Shown here in pieces: positions 11,640-26,548 of a stretch of DNA of 64,000 nt. The stretch spans positions 145,886,001-145,950,000 of the forward strand of contig OX597815.1 in assembly GCA_951406725.2 (NCBI GenBank), in the 5' to 3' direction. Under the pieces are notes generated by a model. That model did not search any database, was not told the DNA's origin, and was given only the letters and a program-made list of their open reading frames with translations. The DNA comes from Octopus vulgaris (Eukaryota). Position 1 is the stretch's first letter. Every line of letters starts with the position of its first letter. A program made the translations under genes and the position numbers.

Positions 11640-13089
11640 TTAGCGGGAATATTAAAAAAAAATCTCCTGTGTTGGTGATTTTATGTCATGAAAGCTCTGG
11701 TTTTGACATTGTTGCTTATTGGTAATTATTAGCCTCAGGGACTTTTAGACCACCCAAACTTCCTTTCCAAATTTTCGATTTCTCTACTATCTTGCCCAGA
11801 TATTTACTTTTTTTTCAGAATGAATTCGCATTTTTCTTCACTTAACTTAAAACCGTATTCCCTTTTTTTTTTTTTGAATACCCTCTTTACGTGTTTTATA
11901 TTTTGTTCGTGTGATTCGTTTTTTTTAGTAGTATATACTCTGAATAGGAGATAGCAAAATCACTGTCATCCATTGCTGCTTGAAATATTGAAGGAACCAC
12001 TTTTACACCGAAGGGAAGCCTCTTAAATTTAAATAAGTCACAGTGTGTATTGATGGTTTATAAATATGAGCATTCTTCTACTTGGATTTGCAAATATGCC
12101 TCCTCTTTATGTTCAATTTTCACTGTATCGTGTCTTAAATTTACTATTCTTTTACACTCTTCTGATATTTGTAAGGTTACAGCTTGGCTTTGTTTCAACT
12201 TAGCTAGAATTCTTGTCCTTACTTCTGCATCTTTTTCTGCAGTTAGTCAGGCAATTGATCATATCTGGCGTTATGAATATATCAGGCAATTGAACATATC
12301 TGGCGATAATTCGTACAGTTTGAACTTTTCATATTCTCTGTTAACTCTACTAGCGTATGTGATGTATGTGATGTAGTTCGGCTCGTTGTTCTTTTCTAGT
12401 TTCTAACATTTCCAGCGTGTATTAATATGTCGATTGTACTTTTAACGTTTACGTCATAAATTTTTTTTTTCGGGAGTATATAATTACTATAACTCACATG
12501 TTCTCCTGCTGTCAGCTTTCTTAAGATTAGACGCGTTTTCATATCGTCATCCCAATCTTTGCACTCTTTATTGAAGATCTTTTCGTATCTTCTATAGTAC
12601 AACTCGACAGAAACTCCATCTTGTTCATACTTAAAACTGTTATCGAGTTTGCAACATAATCTAGCAGGAACATCTTTTCAGCATTTTTTGAGGAGTTACT
12701 ATTCATTAATTGAAGCATTTGTTAATGTAATAGTAATTGTTGTTGTTGTTGTTCTTACAGGTGTTTTTGCTGCTGTTTTGCAACTCGAACAAACCGACCA
12801 AGAAATCTTCCGTAATTTTACGATTTTGTATGTCATAAAATTAGCATAGAAGACTTTTGTGAGTTTGCTAATTCCGTGTGAGTTTGTTACTTCCTCGTCG
12901 CCACTGTTGTAATCCTCTGTCAGACTGTTATAACGTCCACTCCGGTGTAACTGTATAATTAAGACACGGACTATCTAATAACCGTCTATCCCACTGACAC
13001 TTTCTCGACGTTACAGTATTTGTACTGACTCTCACATACCACTCGTCAAGTGGGAGGATTGTCCCATTATTACTATTATCCCCATAACA
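11640..13089 (-). mobile_element. Decayed Ty3/Gypsy LTR retrotransposon: 5' LTR, PBS, gag and RT remnants
   Basis: TG...CA-bounded segment 12905-13089, followed on the minus strand by PBS TGGCGACGAGG (12893-12903). Gag-like YYRRYEKIF..KTRLILRKL..YSNYILPK; RT-like AYLQI..TINTH..FKRLPFGVK..PSIFQ. Confidence 0.8.
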
Positions 13090-13109
13090 GTTCCATTTAT
13101 TATTTCTTT

Positions 13110-13452
13110 CAGTATCATTAAACTATAGACGTGAAGGGGCACCGTGTTGAAAGATTTAGTCGAACAAATCGACGATAGTACTTTTTGTTAAAGGCTGGCA
13201 CTTATTCTATCCGTCTCTTTTGCCGAACCGCTACATTACAAAGATGTGAACAAATTAACATCGGTTGTCAAATGAGGTGGGGAACAAACATAAAAGCAAA
13301 ATTTCATACAATAGTTGTATACATATTTACAACACAAGGCTTTAGTCGACACGGACCTATAGTAGGAGACCCTTAAGCAAGATGCTATGAAGGGGGACTG
13401 AACCAAGAACAACGTTGTTGAGAAGCACTTGCCTTACCATACAACCACGCAA
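13110..13452 (-). mobile_element. Diverged SINE family B copy
   Basis: Reverse-complement similarity to 7417-7826. Confidence 0.65.
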
Positions 13453-14397
13453 GCATATACAAAAATGTTTATGTACGCATGTATGTTACCATATATGTAT
13501 ATACCTTTATTATCTATCACTGCCTATCCCCCTATTTATCTACCTATACATATATATGTGTGTGCTTGTGTGTGTGTTGTAGGTATGTATATAAACATAC
13601 ATTTAGATAGGTAGATATAACGTATATATATATTTATAAATATACTGGATATATATCTATATACAGATGTATATGTATATATGAATATAATCCTTATAAC
13701 ACACACATACATGCATACACACGAATGCACACATACACTTACACAAACACACACACGCAACACATACACACAAACACGCACACATACATATCACACACAC
13801 ATGTACTGAGAGAAAAAGAGCGAGGGAAAGAGAGTTATCATCCCATGTAATAACATTTTACGGTTCAAATGTACATTAAAGTCTGAAATTTATTCTTTGT
13901 TCATAAATCTTGAAATTTGAACGTCACAAATGCCGAATTTCACATCCATAAATCTGATATACGAATTTATTAAACACATGTTAAATTTAAGTTTCCGCTA
14001 TATTTTCACTTTTAGATTTATCTGTTAACTGACGGCAGGTTATAATTATTTTGAAATCTGATGCTATTTTTCAATAAAATAAAGATCTAGGTTCTGATAT
14101 GATTGAATCGGGATAGGAAAGTGTTTGAATGATATGACAGAAAGGGGAGAATACACGTGTGATGATTTATTTCAGCTTCCTTTATGATGTGTATACACAC
14201 ACACACAATTTTAACTTCGCTCATCAACACTTATATGTAGCCATGTACAGACACATATATATGCACACATTTACAAGCATGCAGAGTCTCTCGCACACAC
14301 ATTCATATAAATACAAGTATACGGGCATGCATCAACACGTGCGTAGTGGGGTACGAGCGCGCGCGCACACACACATACAAACGCAGGCACACACGCT

Positions 14398-14398
<1 letters not shown>

Positions 14399-14454
<56 letters not shown>

Positions 14455-14458
14455 TATA

Positions 14459-14531
<73 letters not shown>

Positions 14532-14632
14532 TATAAAGATATATATATATGTAAATTATATGTATATACAAATATAAATACACATATATTTATACATATA
14601 AATAATACACACACACGCACACACACACATAT

Positions 14633-14663
<31 letters not shown>

Positions 14664-14726
14664 AATATATATATAATATATATATATATATTATATATAT
14701 AATATATATATATATTATATATATAA

Positions 14727-14765
<39 letters not shown>
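14399..14765. repeat. Long compound (TA)n microsatellite
   Basis: Seen directly; source of spurious IY-repeat ORFs. Confidence 0.95.
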
Positions 14766-14766
<1 letters not shown>

Positions 14767-14985
14767 CTAACTTTTACTACGTAATTTTGTAAGTATATAA
14801 AAACAAACAATTTGAATTAGAAAAGTAAATGGGAATGAAAAAAGAATGAACTAAATCTGAAAGCAATAACAGACTCACTCGAATCAAATATCGAAAAGGA
14901 AAGAAAATAACTTTTACACATAAATAAAAACTATGGAACCCTATCGAAGATTGGCAATGAACTGATGTAAATATAAATATAAAAC

Positions 14986-15025
<40 letters not shown>

Positions 15026-15122
15026 TAATAATTACGATGATGATGATGATAATGTTAATAAACATAATAATATTAATAACAGTAATAATAATAGTAGTAG
15101 TAGTACTACTACTACAAATAAT

Positions 15123-15187
<65 letters not shown>

Positions 15188-15509
15188 ATGGAGAAAAGGA
15201 ATGAAGAGAAAACAGTAGGGAAAAGTATATATATATATATATATATCTGAGAGCATGTATGAAGATACATAGATATATCTATATATATAGGCATACATAG
15301 ATACGCGTGTGTGAATGTGGCTTTAAAACGTATGTCTGCATATACGCGCATGTTTGTGCGTGTATATACGCAACAGTGTATATGTATGTATTCGCATTTA
15401 TGCATCTAAATGTGTTTATGTACGCATTCATATATAGATATATATTATATATCATATCATGCTTATGTGTATATGTATATGAGTGTGTATATGAAAATGC
15501 ATGATATAC

Positions 15510-15561
<52 letters not shown>

Positions 15562-15688
15562 GACATACGAAAGTGTACGTATACCCATACATAGAAGCTT
15601 CTCATACATGCTCGAATTCGTACTTATCACTACATAGACATATGTGCACACAGGCGCACACAAGCAGCCGTATGTGTATACGTATATG

Positions 15689-15760
<72 letters not shown>

Positions 15761-17119
15761 TAATAATAATAATAATAATAATAATATTAATGATGATGAT
15801 GATGATAAAAATTGAAATAAACTAATAATATATTTATATATATGAAAAAGAATAATAATGGTGATAGGCTACCCTATGCATATAAGCAATGCACACATTG
15901 ATTCAAGTACTCCAACACTCACACCCACACATACTTATAATCAGCATGATATTTACACATATTAGCAAGCTATTGCGTGTGTTGTTGCAATCGTCACATT
16001 ATGGTCACATGGTCGCATAGCGGCATCTTGGATGTGTCGGGAAATTCTACAAATCCAAGTAGGGATACATGAGTAAATGTGATATGCAACGGTTGATGAA
16101 TACCAGATGCAACACTTATAAATATTCAATAATACATGAATATAACAAAAAAGAAAACATTGCAAATTTGCAAAATACGGAAACACAAATTTCGTGATAG
16201 AGAAAATTTGGAATGTAAAATTGAAGGTATACAAAAATATAAGAATATAAAAATAACGAATATATATAAAAATCCAAAATCCCAAACCTACAACTTTGCC
16301 AGAATTGAAATGAAATCGAAAGCCCATAACCAAATAAAAATGCTATAACGAGGGAATCCGAATATGTTGGTGTTTGCCATGTTATTCAATTGTTTGGTAT
16401 ACATTGAACACATAGATACAGGAATCTGACATTCCATGGTTGATTGATGATTGAATACATGTGCAGAGAATATGCAAGAAACGAGTTAGATAACGTAAAG
16501 AATTCATACAGAGTACAGAGAAAAATTCCTCGACATCTGTTTGAGAATTCTTCAAGTATGGTCTGACATTCGAGTAAAGATGTAGAGAAAAGTTGTTTAG
16601 TAATTGTTTAACAATCCATTTAGCAATTGTTCGGGAGTTCTATGAAAATGGTTTGACAATCTCTTAGATCTTGTAACAATAATTACATCATTTGCAATAA
16701 GATGAAAATTACAAAGGTTTTTCATCGTAGACGTTGCATAAATTGCAAAATTATCAAATGATGCGGAAAGTAATTAGAAACGCATAAATGTACGGATGAG
16801 TAAGTACATAAATAAAAGATGAATAACTAAATATAACATAAAGTAAATATTTGGGGTATGAAAACGTTGATGGAGTTATTAATATAAATGGTATTGATGC
16901 TCCTGATGTAGATGACTATGGAAAACTGTGGGACTATAAACTTATAAAAGACAGGGATAACTAAAGCTGCAACTGCAAGGAACGAAACCACAAAGGAAGG
17001 GTAAAACATCTGATATATAGGTATGTTTATAGGTACGTATGTCTGCATGTATACGTATAGATGAGTTTGCACATGCGTGTATATGAGGGATTATATATAT
17101 ATTCTTTTATTGTGTTTAT

Positions 17120-17513
17120 TATTTTACTTGTTTCAGTCATTTTAACTGTGGCTATGCTGGAGCACAACCTTTTAGTCGACGAAATCGACCCCTGGACTTA
17201 TTCTTTGTAAGCCTGGTACTTACTATATCGGCCACTTTTGGCGAGCCGCTATGTTACAAGGATGTAAGCACAACAAGATCGGTTGTCAGGCGATGGTGGA
17301 GGGACAAATACAGACACAATCACATACACACACGCACACACGCATATACATATATATATAAATATATACAACAGGCTTCTTTCAGTGTTTCCATCTGTCA
17401 TAGCCACCCACACGGCTTTGGTCGTCCTGAAACTATAGTAGAAGACAATTGCCGAAAGTGACACGCAACGGAACTGAACCTGGAACGTCTTACCATACAG
17501 CCACGCCTGCGCC
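17120..17513 (-). mobile_element. SINE family B copy
   Basis: Reverse complement of family B; head ends at cagccacgcctgcgcc. Confidence 0.8.
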
Positions 17514-17573
<60 letters not shown>

Positions 17574-17728
17574 AAAGTTGGTTTGTGAAAGCACGTGGTT
17601 GAATATATAGAAAATAGTAAAAAGTGAAAAAACTACAGAAGGCTTAAAAGTTTAAAAATATATATATTTGCGTCAATATGTCTGAAGAATATTAAAATTT
17701 TTTTTTTCCTTACAATGACATAATTTAG

Positions 17729-17767
17729 AAGAAAGACCGGTTTCGCGTCTAGCTTTTCAAATTTCTT
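17729..17767 (-). ncRNA. Hammerhead-like motif in the Penelope pLTR (U3:A8 variant core)
   Basis: AAGAAA-U-UUGAAAA-GC(UAGAC)GC-GAAA-CCGG-UC-UUUCUU; stem I AAGAAA/UUUCUU, palindromic CCGG, GUC triplet. Confidence 0.55.
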
Positions 17768-17811
17768 GCGGCGTTATGTTTATGTTGAATAGAGTTATCG
17801 TTATGTTATGT

Positions 17812-19165
17812 TCAAAAGAGTTCTAAATAAGGGGAGGTAATGAGTGATTTCTTCCGGTGTAAGGGAGATAATCGCTTAAAATGTTTTCCTTTCCCTTGGT
17901 GTGAATTTCTCTGTATCAGTATGTTGTCATGGTGAAGTCTGGGCTTGTACTTTTCAATGAAGAATGTTTCCTTGTTTAGTCTAATTTGTGTTGATGATCC
18001 GATAGCACATTGGTAAAATGGAAAGATTAAAAATTGTGGTAGTAGTTGCTTTGCGCATTTCTCAATGTGCTCACTAAAAGGTATCATTCTGTATTCTGGG
18101 AATGCAATCTGTTGTCGATGCAGTGTGCATCTACGTCTGAGTGATAGTCCCGTGGATCCCACGTAGTCTTGGTGGCAGCCCGAGCATTTTATGACATAAA
18201 TTATGTTTTCAGAGGCACAAGTAAAGTTAGATTTCATCTTGAATTTCTGTCCCTCTTTAAAGAGGAATTCTGATCCTTCTAGCAGGTTTGGACATGTTGC
18301 ACAGTTCGATCTACCACATTTTTTTACTTTTGCATCCGTAATTTCAGAAAACAATTTTGCCTTTGTGAGAATCATTTTAAGTGATTTAGGTTGTTTGTAG
18401 CTTTTAATGATTTGGTGTATGTTTAGAATTTCATTTAATTTGGGGTCCTTATGAAGTATTGGTAAATTCTGGGTGATGATGGTGAAGGCTTCTTTGTTTC
18501 TGGGGTTGTATGTAGATATGTAAGGTAGTATTTTCGGGGAAGGTGTGTTGTTGTGTTGAACTTTTCTTAAAGTTTCTATGTTGATTTCTGTTGCACGTCT
18601 GATCCCATCCTCTATGAGTTGAGTTGGGTAATGTCTGTCAATTAGGGTGTTTTTGAGTTCTTGCAGTCTAAAGTTCCTGGTATTTTGTTCTGACACTATT
18701 GTGCATATCCTTCTTGCAAGGTTGAAGGGGATGTTTGTTTTAGTGTGTCTTGGGTGGCATGAATTAAAAAGAAGGTATTGTTTGGCGTCTGTGGCTTTGT
18801 AAAAAATGTCTGTTTCTATTTTAAGGTTAATTTTTTTAATTAGTATATCCAAGAACAGGAGCTCCTTTTGGTTGTATTCCACTGTGAACTGTATATTTGG
18901 GTTTATGCTGTTCAATAAGTTTTTAAATTTTAGGAGTTTATCTGTGTTTTCATTCCAGAGTATAAAACAATCGTCTAAGAATCGTTTCCAATTCTCTTTT
19001 ATGTATTGAGAAAGGGGGTTTCCAAAGATTGATAAAGATTCCTGGTAAATGATTATTTCCATGTAGCCCATTTAGGTTCGCAATGACTGGTGCTGCCCTT
19101 GTACCCATGGCAATTCCGGATTTTTTACGGTAAAATGTATTGTCAAACATGAAGTGGTTATTATT
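17812..19165 (-). pseudogene. Penelope reverse transcriptase (C-terminal part) and GIY-YIG endonuclease, frameshift near 19072
   Basis: GIAMGTRAAPVIANL/MGY, WKRFLDDCFILW, FLDILI, YL.FNSCHP.H, CGRSNCATC, NIIYVIKCSGCHQDYVGSTG. Confidence 0.9.
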
Positions 19166-19254
19166 TTTTTTTATATTCTTCAAACATATTGGCGCAAATA
19201 TATATATTTTTTTACTTTTAAGCCTTCTGTAGTTTTTTCACTTTTCACTATTTT

Positions 19255-19393
<139 letters not shown>

Positions 19394-20847
19394 CAACTTA
19401 TAAGTAAGGGCTAAAGAAAATTATTTCAAAGCCAATATGCTGATGATAGACTATTAAATCGTCAATTTCCACATATAATCTACTCGCTACAGTAAAAAAA
19501 AATCGAAGAACTGAAGTCGGGCAAACTGATGCTCCTACTATTCCTCATGCTAGGGTGAGAGTAATAGCAGGAATACAGACGGTGAGGGTGGTGACGAATC
19601 AGAGATAGATAGATAGATAGAGAGAGAGAGAAAGAAAAAGAGAGGGAAAGAAAGAGAGAAAAAGAAATTTAGGGAGAGTTGATGATATTTTTTATTAAAA
19701 TTAGTAGTGTTGATGATAGGAGTGGGAGTAATAATAAGACAGAGAAAGAGGGACTGAACGCTGAATTAGCAGACAGAACACTATTCTTTTACACACATAT
19801 TTAGCCTTTTTTGTGATGGCAATGGGGCGATAGTAATAGTATGAGCTCTCGTTGTGATAGATGGGGAGGTGGTGGTGATGATAGTGGTGGTAATAGCCGA
19901 GGCGGTCAGGGATGACGGTGAGAGTAAGTGATGTGAAAGACAGCGGTGATGGTGGTGGAGAGGAAGGCGGCGAAGTTAAAGGTATTGATGGTGATTGCCT
20001 CAGTAATCTCAATGGTGTGTGTATAGCAGACAAGGTTGCGATGGTAGTGGTACTGTTGTTTATCATGCAGCTTTGCAATAAGTTCCAAGTCGACAAATTA
20101 TATCATTGTCTTGAAAAATATTGTCCAGGTTTAATAAAATTTAATATCTACCCAATGCATGAAGTGCCATTGTTGGGCCCAAGGCCTAATGAAAAACCAG
20201 CCTCAGGAGCTAGTTTAAAAGCCGTGTGTGTGTGTGTTTTGTATGTGTGTGTGTGTGTGGGGGGTATGGGTGCGTGTGTGTGCCTGTATGTATTCAAGCT
20301 CGAACAAAGAAGATTCGGAAAGATGTTCTTATGTACAAATCCATATCCACGCCTTCAATTTTCCTTTCTTATTACTACAGTAGTGCGTAAATAAATTCTG
20401 GAACAGCTTAAATGGACAACGTCGACACAAACGCAATTCAGTTTACATCTATTAGAAATCGCTCAATGAACCTCAGAATATTGCCTACTTTTTTGATAGT
20501 TAGAATATTTCCATTTAAATACACCGGTAAAGACGTGAGTGGTCCATAATTTCTAAATCTCAGGTTGATAATTGAATTACGAAGTTAATCTATTTTGATG
20601 CTATTGGGAAGCTGTCTTTTGACAGGTGTGCTTTAGGTAGGGTATCTCTTTGGCATATTTTCTGTTTTAATTTTATCCTTTTATTCCATTGTCCACTATC
20701 AGCCTAGTCTGTTTGGCTCATTGTATTTAAGTGTATTTATGTGTGAACGTGAAGTTAGTTTTCGTTACGAAAATTCAATTTGTAGAATTTTTCTTATATA
20801 TATATATCATGCCAGCTGTTTTCCATTTCCTTTCTGTTTTCCGTCAC

Positions 20848-20917
<70 letters not shown>

Positions 20918-21779
20918 GCCTTTGCACGGCTTCTAGCGCCGGAGATGTACTACAGTATCAGCTGTTCACTACCAGTGAACTAAGGTAACACCTCTCAATT
21001 TTCGAGCACTTTCCAGAGTATTCGAGCAGCTCCAAGCAGTGCTGCTTTCTGCAAGTGCTCCACCACCATTATTGCAGCCCCTATTTCTACCACGCAGTTC
21101 TCGTGATTTTTGCTCACTGTTCCCAGGGCTCCGACAATTATTGGTACTACTGCTACCTTTTTCATCGACCACAATTGCTTAACTTCCCAAGCTACCTGTC
21201 ATATCTCTCGACATTTCTTTCTTTCTCATCGCATACCTTATTGTCAGCTGGACATACTATATCTATGATCCATCATAGTTTGTTTTCTTTCTCATTTAAG
21301 ACTACGTCTGGCTTCCTATTCTCTATGTCATGGTCGCACTCAATCATAAAATCCCATAGGATCTTTGCATTTCTATTTTCGAAGATGCCATTAGGTTTGT
21401 GGTTGTACCACCTTTTTGCTCTGTCAAGTCCATATGTGTTACAAAGTGTCCAATGGACAAGCCTGGCTATATTGTTGTGGTGTCTTTTATATTCCTTGTG
21501 TGCTAGTGGCGTATTTTGGCTGGTAATATGTCATTCGGTTCCACCAATTTGTCCACTTTCTGCTGTGTTGTCTATTCTGTATTTTATTTTGTTTGTTCTT
21601 AGTGCTTGCTCTTGGGCAGCACAGATTAGAGCCTTCGTTTCCGATTTTAAATCACTTTTAGTCATACACAGTCATCTTTTTCTCTGTCTTATCTTCAATA
21701 TCCCTATGGAATTGACCATCATTCTTTTCTTTACCCACATATTTTCAGTTTCATTCGTTTTCAATTTCTTGTATAGTTT

Positions 21780-21780
<1 letters not shown>
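20918..21780 (-). mobile_element. Degraded 3' fragment of a second R4/Dong-type LINE
   Basis: Minus strand reads LKSETKALICAAQEQALRTN, IARLVHWTLC, KILWDFMIECDH..NRKPDVV; bounded by (ATT)n and (ATC)n. The plus-strand 272 aa ORF is antisense to it. Confidence 0.8.
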
Positions 21781-21835
<55 letters not shown>

Positions 21836-21840
21836 TATCA

Positions 21841-21871
<31 letters not shown>

Positions 21872-21875
21872 GATT

Positions 21876-22336
21876 GAGTGAGAGAGCAGTTCATGCCATC
21901 AAAGTGACACTGGGGTAAAATATACGAAGCCCAATATACCCATCATGACTACCCGTCTGATAAAGGTACACCAGGCACATGCATCACAACCATATGTGCG
22001 CGACATGGTGATCTCATATCAAGATAAACAGCACATGACCTTGCAGGTGGGGCCCAGTTAGAATTTTCTTCAGGTTGAGTAGCCCATCCCGCTCAAACGG
22101 TCCCTGAATAAGGATTGTTTAAGGATGTTGAAAGAACCAACCATGTTTCCAGAGGTGAACTATTCAAACCCCAAAGAATCCCTCTCAACACATGGCTATG
22201 ATGCTCCCCCAGTACTTCTGCTCGTGATCAGAGATGCACATATCGTCAGCCACTAAGGGACATGCTCAACTGGTTAAGGTCAAACAACTGACAAGCAAAT
22301 CTGTGGTATTGAGCAGAATATTTGCTGTAGCCCATC

Positions 22337-22340
<4 letters not shown>
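21876..22340 (-). mobile_element. Family D repeat, truncated second copy
   Basis: Near-identical to 6816-7280; bounded by (ATT)n. Confidence 0.75.
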
Positions 22341-22403
<63 letters not shown>

Positions 22404-23147
22404 GCTATTACATTATTGACTTTTCTTCTAAGGGATGAGTTTGCTATGTCGCGTGCCTCCAGAAAGATTGGTGACATTGTTCTGTATGCATTTATAATAT
22501 CTCACAGTACGTTTATAATAACACTCTGTAACAGAAATCCATATGTCATATGTTAGATTAAGTTACAGAACTATTTATCAACAGGACGAATGCTTTAAAT
22601 ATGAAGAATTCAAAAACCGACATATAGTAGACATGTCTAATCAAGTAGCCTCTTATATCTATCTACAATACACCAAAACAGCATAAATAATGATAATTTA
22701 TATTTCAAACTTAAACGTAAAATACATAAATTAATCCCATATTTATTGTGAATGAATTTCGATCTATTTAATCCAATAATCCATCCGCATTAAATACAGT
22801 GCTTTTGCGTTAGTGATTAGGTGCTAGCTATGTTTTATAGATAAAATATTTTACATTATATTGTTTAATATATTTGTTTATGTATTAAAAGGAACATCTA
22901 CTAAAACATTGGATAAACTGATAACGAACTCGGACAAGCCACCCATTCAAGACTACACTCTGGGAGGATCCGCTGTAGCAAACTCAAATCCCAGACCAAC
23001 TTCTAGCCATAAAACAACAGCAGAACTGATTAAAAAGATAACTAAGGTAGTGCTCCAGCATGGCTACAATCCTACGACTGACACCATTAACAGGCTAAAA
23101 GAAAAGAATAATGGTAAAACTGCATTTATTTTTCACTCTTTTACTCT

Positions 23148-23357
23148 TTTACTTGCTTCAGTCATTTGACTGCAGCCTTGCTGGAGTACCGCATTTAGTC
23201 GAGCAAATCAACCACAGGACTTATTCTTTGGAAGCCTAGTACTTATTCTATCGGTCAATTTTGCCGAACCGCTAAGTTGCGGGGACGTAAACAGAACAGC
23301 ATCGGTTGTCAAGCGATGTTGGGGGAGACCAGCAGATACACAAACATATACAAACAC

Positions 23358-23405
<48 letters not shown>

Positions 23406-23482
23406 ACGACGGGCTTTCTTCAGTTTACATCTACCAAATCCACTCAAAACGCTATAATAGAAGAAACTTGCCCAAGATGCCG
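23148..23482 (-). mobile_element. SINE family B copy (partial)
   Basis: Reverse complement of the family B tail and body. Confidence 0.75.
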
Positions 23483-23919
23483 TGTATTCTTTATAAAGTG
23501 GAAAGGATAAAGAGTTTGTTTTACAGTTACGAGGTACCTGGGTCAATCCTTTTTCGTTGAAAATGTAAGTGAAACGGAAAAATGGGCAAACAGATCTACA
23601 CACACACACACGCGCGCGCAAACATTAGAATTACGTTTAGTTGACTGGATTTGGCAAAAATTTAATTACTTATATGTTAGAAGATCAATAACAACTTCAG
23701 TCGATCAGACAACTTCATACTCATTACTGAAACCAATACATCAGTATTTAGTTTGTGTAATTTAGTATACAGGGTGGGCCAAAAGTCACGCACAAAAAGA
23801 GTTCAATACGCTCCATAAATGTCAGAAATGCTTCACTCTTTCTAAAATTGAAGAAAATAAATAAAATAATAATGAATACACACGTACTTGTACATGATGA
23901 ACAAAATAACTAACTACCC

Positions 23920-23967
<48 letters not shown>

Positions 23968-23983
23968 AATAATGATAATAATG

Positions 23984-24042
<59 letters not shown>

Positions 24043-24057
24043 AATAATAATAAAAAT

Positions 24058-24116
<59 letters not shown>

Positions 24117-24117
<1 letters not shown>

Positions 24118-24412
24118 CGACGATTTGAAGTGGAAGTGCGAAGGTTGTGGTCGATGAAGAGAGTACACGTGATACTAACTGGTGTAGTAACTGGTGCATT
24201 TGGAAGTATCAGCACTCAGCTACCAATATGGCTCAAATAAATTGGTGCAAGTGTGAAGATAGAACAGCTACAAAAATCAGCATTGCTTAGAACTGCAAGA
24301 ATTCTTTGGAGACTTCTTGGAGCATGACGAGTAAACAAGTATCACCTTAGTCTGCTGGCTGTGGACAGCTGCCATTTTCCATTATACCCAACAAAATAAG
24401 CTGTGAGTTTTC
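24117..24412 (+). mobile_element. Extreme 3' end of an R4/Dong-type LINE inside (TAA)n
   Basis: VTGAFGSIS..IEQLQKSALLRTARIL resembles the Dong C-terminus; long (TAA)n on both sides. Confidence 0.7.
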
Positions 24413-24482
<70 letters not shown>

Positions 24483-24490
24483 TGATGATA

Positions 24491-24528
<38 letters not shown>

Positions 24529-24554
24529 AATAATAATAATAATAATGATAATAA

Positions 24555-25070
24555 TGGACAGTATATACTTCAAAGCTGAAATGCTGGTGTAGACCAAGTA
24601 ACAGTCCATCAGTAGCTGAGAAGCTCAGGACTTAAATCAGAGACTGAAGTTTTCATACTGGCGGCACAAGCTCAAAGCTTGCTTACCAAAACTACCAAGC
24701 AAACGTTCTGACCCTAAATGCTGTTTCTGTGATAAATTTGATGAAATAATACACCATCACGTTTCATTATGTCCTGTGCTGACATCAAACGAATGCAAAT
24801 ATCGCCACGATTATGTAGAACAGTATTTACACTGGAAAATATGTAAACACTATAAAATCAGTACTCCTGCATACTGGTATGAACATTATCCTGAGCCAAT
24901 GTTTGAAGGTAAAAATTTCACTAGCCTCTGGGATTTTCCAGACAACACCGACAAAAAAATCCAGGCTAATCGACTAGGCAGTCATTAAAAATAGAGAAAA
25001 TACTTGTAGCCTAAAAGATGTAAGTGTTCCAACTGATAAAAATATATCTCTAAAAGATATTGACAAATTA
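24555..25070 (+). mobile_element. R4/Dong-type LINE fragment related to 4703-6779
   Basis: LRSSGLKSETEVFILAAQ, YRHDYVEQYLHWKICKHY, LWDFP..TDKKIQANR. Confidence 0.8.
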
Positions 25071-25071
25071 A

Positions 25072-25378
25072 GTTGTGAGTGTTTGTTGCGCGAAAACACC
25101 TAAAGCTCAACGAGGCTCAGGGAGGGGGTGGTGGCGAACCCTGCTCTACTCTTTCATAACAAATTCTCTCACTCTTTCATCCTGTTTCTGTTGTACCTGT
25201 ATTTGAAAGGGCCAGCCTTGTCACACTCTGTGTCACGCCGAATCTCCGCGAGAACTACGTTAAGGGTACACGTGTTTGGGGAGTTTTCAGTCACTTGCAC
25301 ATTAATTTCACGAGCGGGCTGTTCCACTGATCGGATCAACTGGAACCCTCGACGTCGCAACCGACGGAGTGCCACAAT
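25072..25378 (+). mobile_element. SINE-like repeat (family C body with a different tail)
   Basis: 5' part matches 28112-28200; 3' part matches 45530-45680 and the reverse complement of 62445-62590. Confidence 0.65.
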
Positions 25379-26074
25379 AGAGTAGTCCATCAAATGAATG
25401 TAAAATTGTTTTTATTTTAACTGCACATAACGTAAACATTAATATATGTGTGTGGATATGTGTGTATATGTGTATGTGTATGTGTAGATGCATGTATGTG
25501 TTCACTTCCTTAGCAGTATTCGCCAGCTTGTTTTGTTAACATTGTTCCTTGTTGGCGGTGTCTGGTAATCTGTTACTTCAGCGTACATTTAAGTGAAAAT
25601 GTAAGTCACTATAACAAAAACAAAAAAAACAACGAAAACTTCAACAACTGCAACACTTATACTTATAACAACAACAATAACAACATTAATAATGGGAATA
25701 ATCGGAAGTTGATTGTCTGGTAGTGTTGCTTTGTGTGTACACAATAAGTTGTTTTAATGTAAATTTTCACGTAACAAGTCTAGTATTTGCAATGGAGATG
25801 AGGAGAATATTACCGATTTTCTACGGCCATCATTGCGAATAAAGAATTAAACGAAGACATCAGTTTCCTTTGAGACACAAAGCAATTATTGGTTATTTTT
25901 AATGGGTGTATTTTTCTCCATTTATATTGGCACCTCGCAGGTATTAAACTAATACAAATCAACTTTTATCAGCATAAAATTTCCCGAGTTTGTACAACTC
26001 CCCTGATGATCGTATTCTCTTCAGCAACCGATTACTGTATATTCAGGGTAATTAAAGACAAAGGAGCGTCTCGG

Positions 26075-26096
26075 ATTATTATTATTATTATTATTA

Positions 26097-26166
<70 letters not shown>

Positions 26167-26174
26167 CATCATCA

Positions 26175-26245
<71 letters not shown>

Positions 26246-26448
26246 GTTACTAATATCATTACCATTTCTGTTACTATCACTAATACTATTACTACTGTTA
26301 ATGTTATTATCATTATTATTATTATTATTAGTAAATATTACCAATATCATTACTATTTTTGCTACTATCATTAATACTATTACTATTATTAATATTGTTA
26401 CTATTATTATTATTATTAATATTATAATTACTACTACTATCATTATTA

Positions 26449-26501
<53 letters not shown>

Positions 26502-26548
26502 TTTAGTGTTGTTGTTCTTCTTATTATTATTATCATTATTATTATTAC

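Noticed and set aside
19701-20394. 131 and 160 aa ORFs
   Set aside because: Built from low-complexity GGT/GAT and (GT)n sequence; no recognisable domain.
21055-21873. 272 aa plus-strand ORF
   Set aside because: Antisense to a degraded Dong-type LINE and ends in (ATC)n/(ATT)n.
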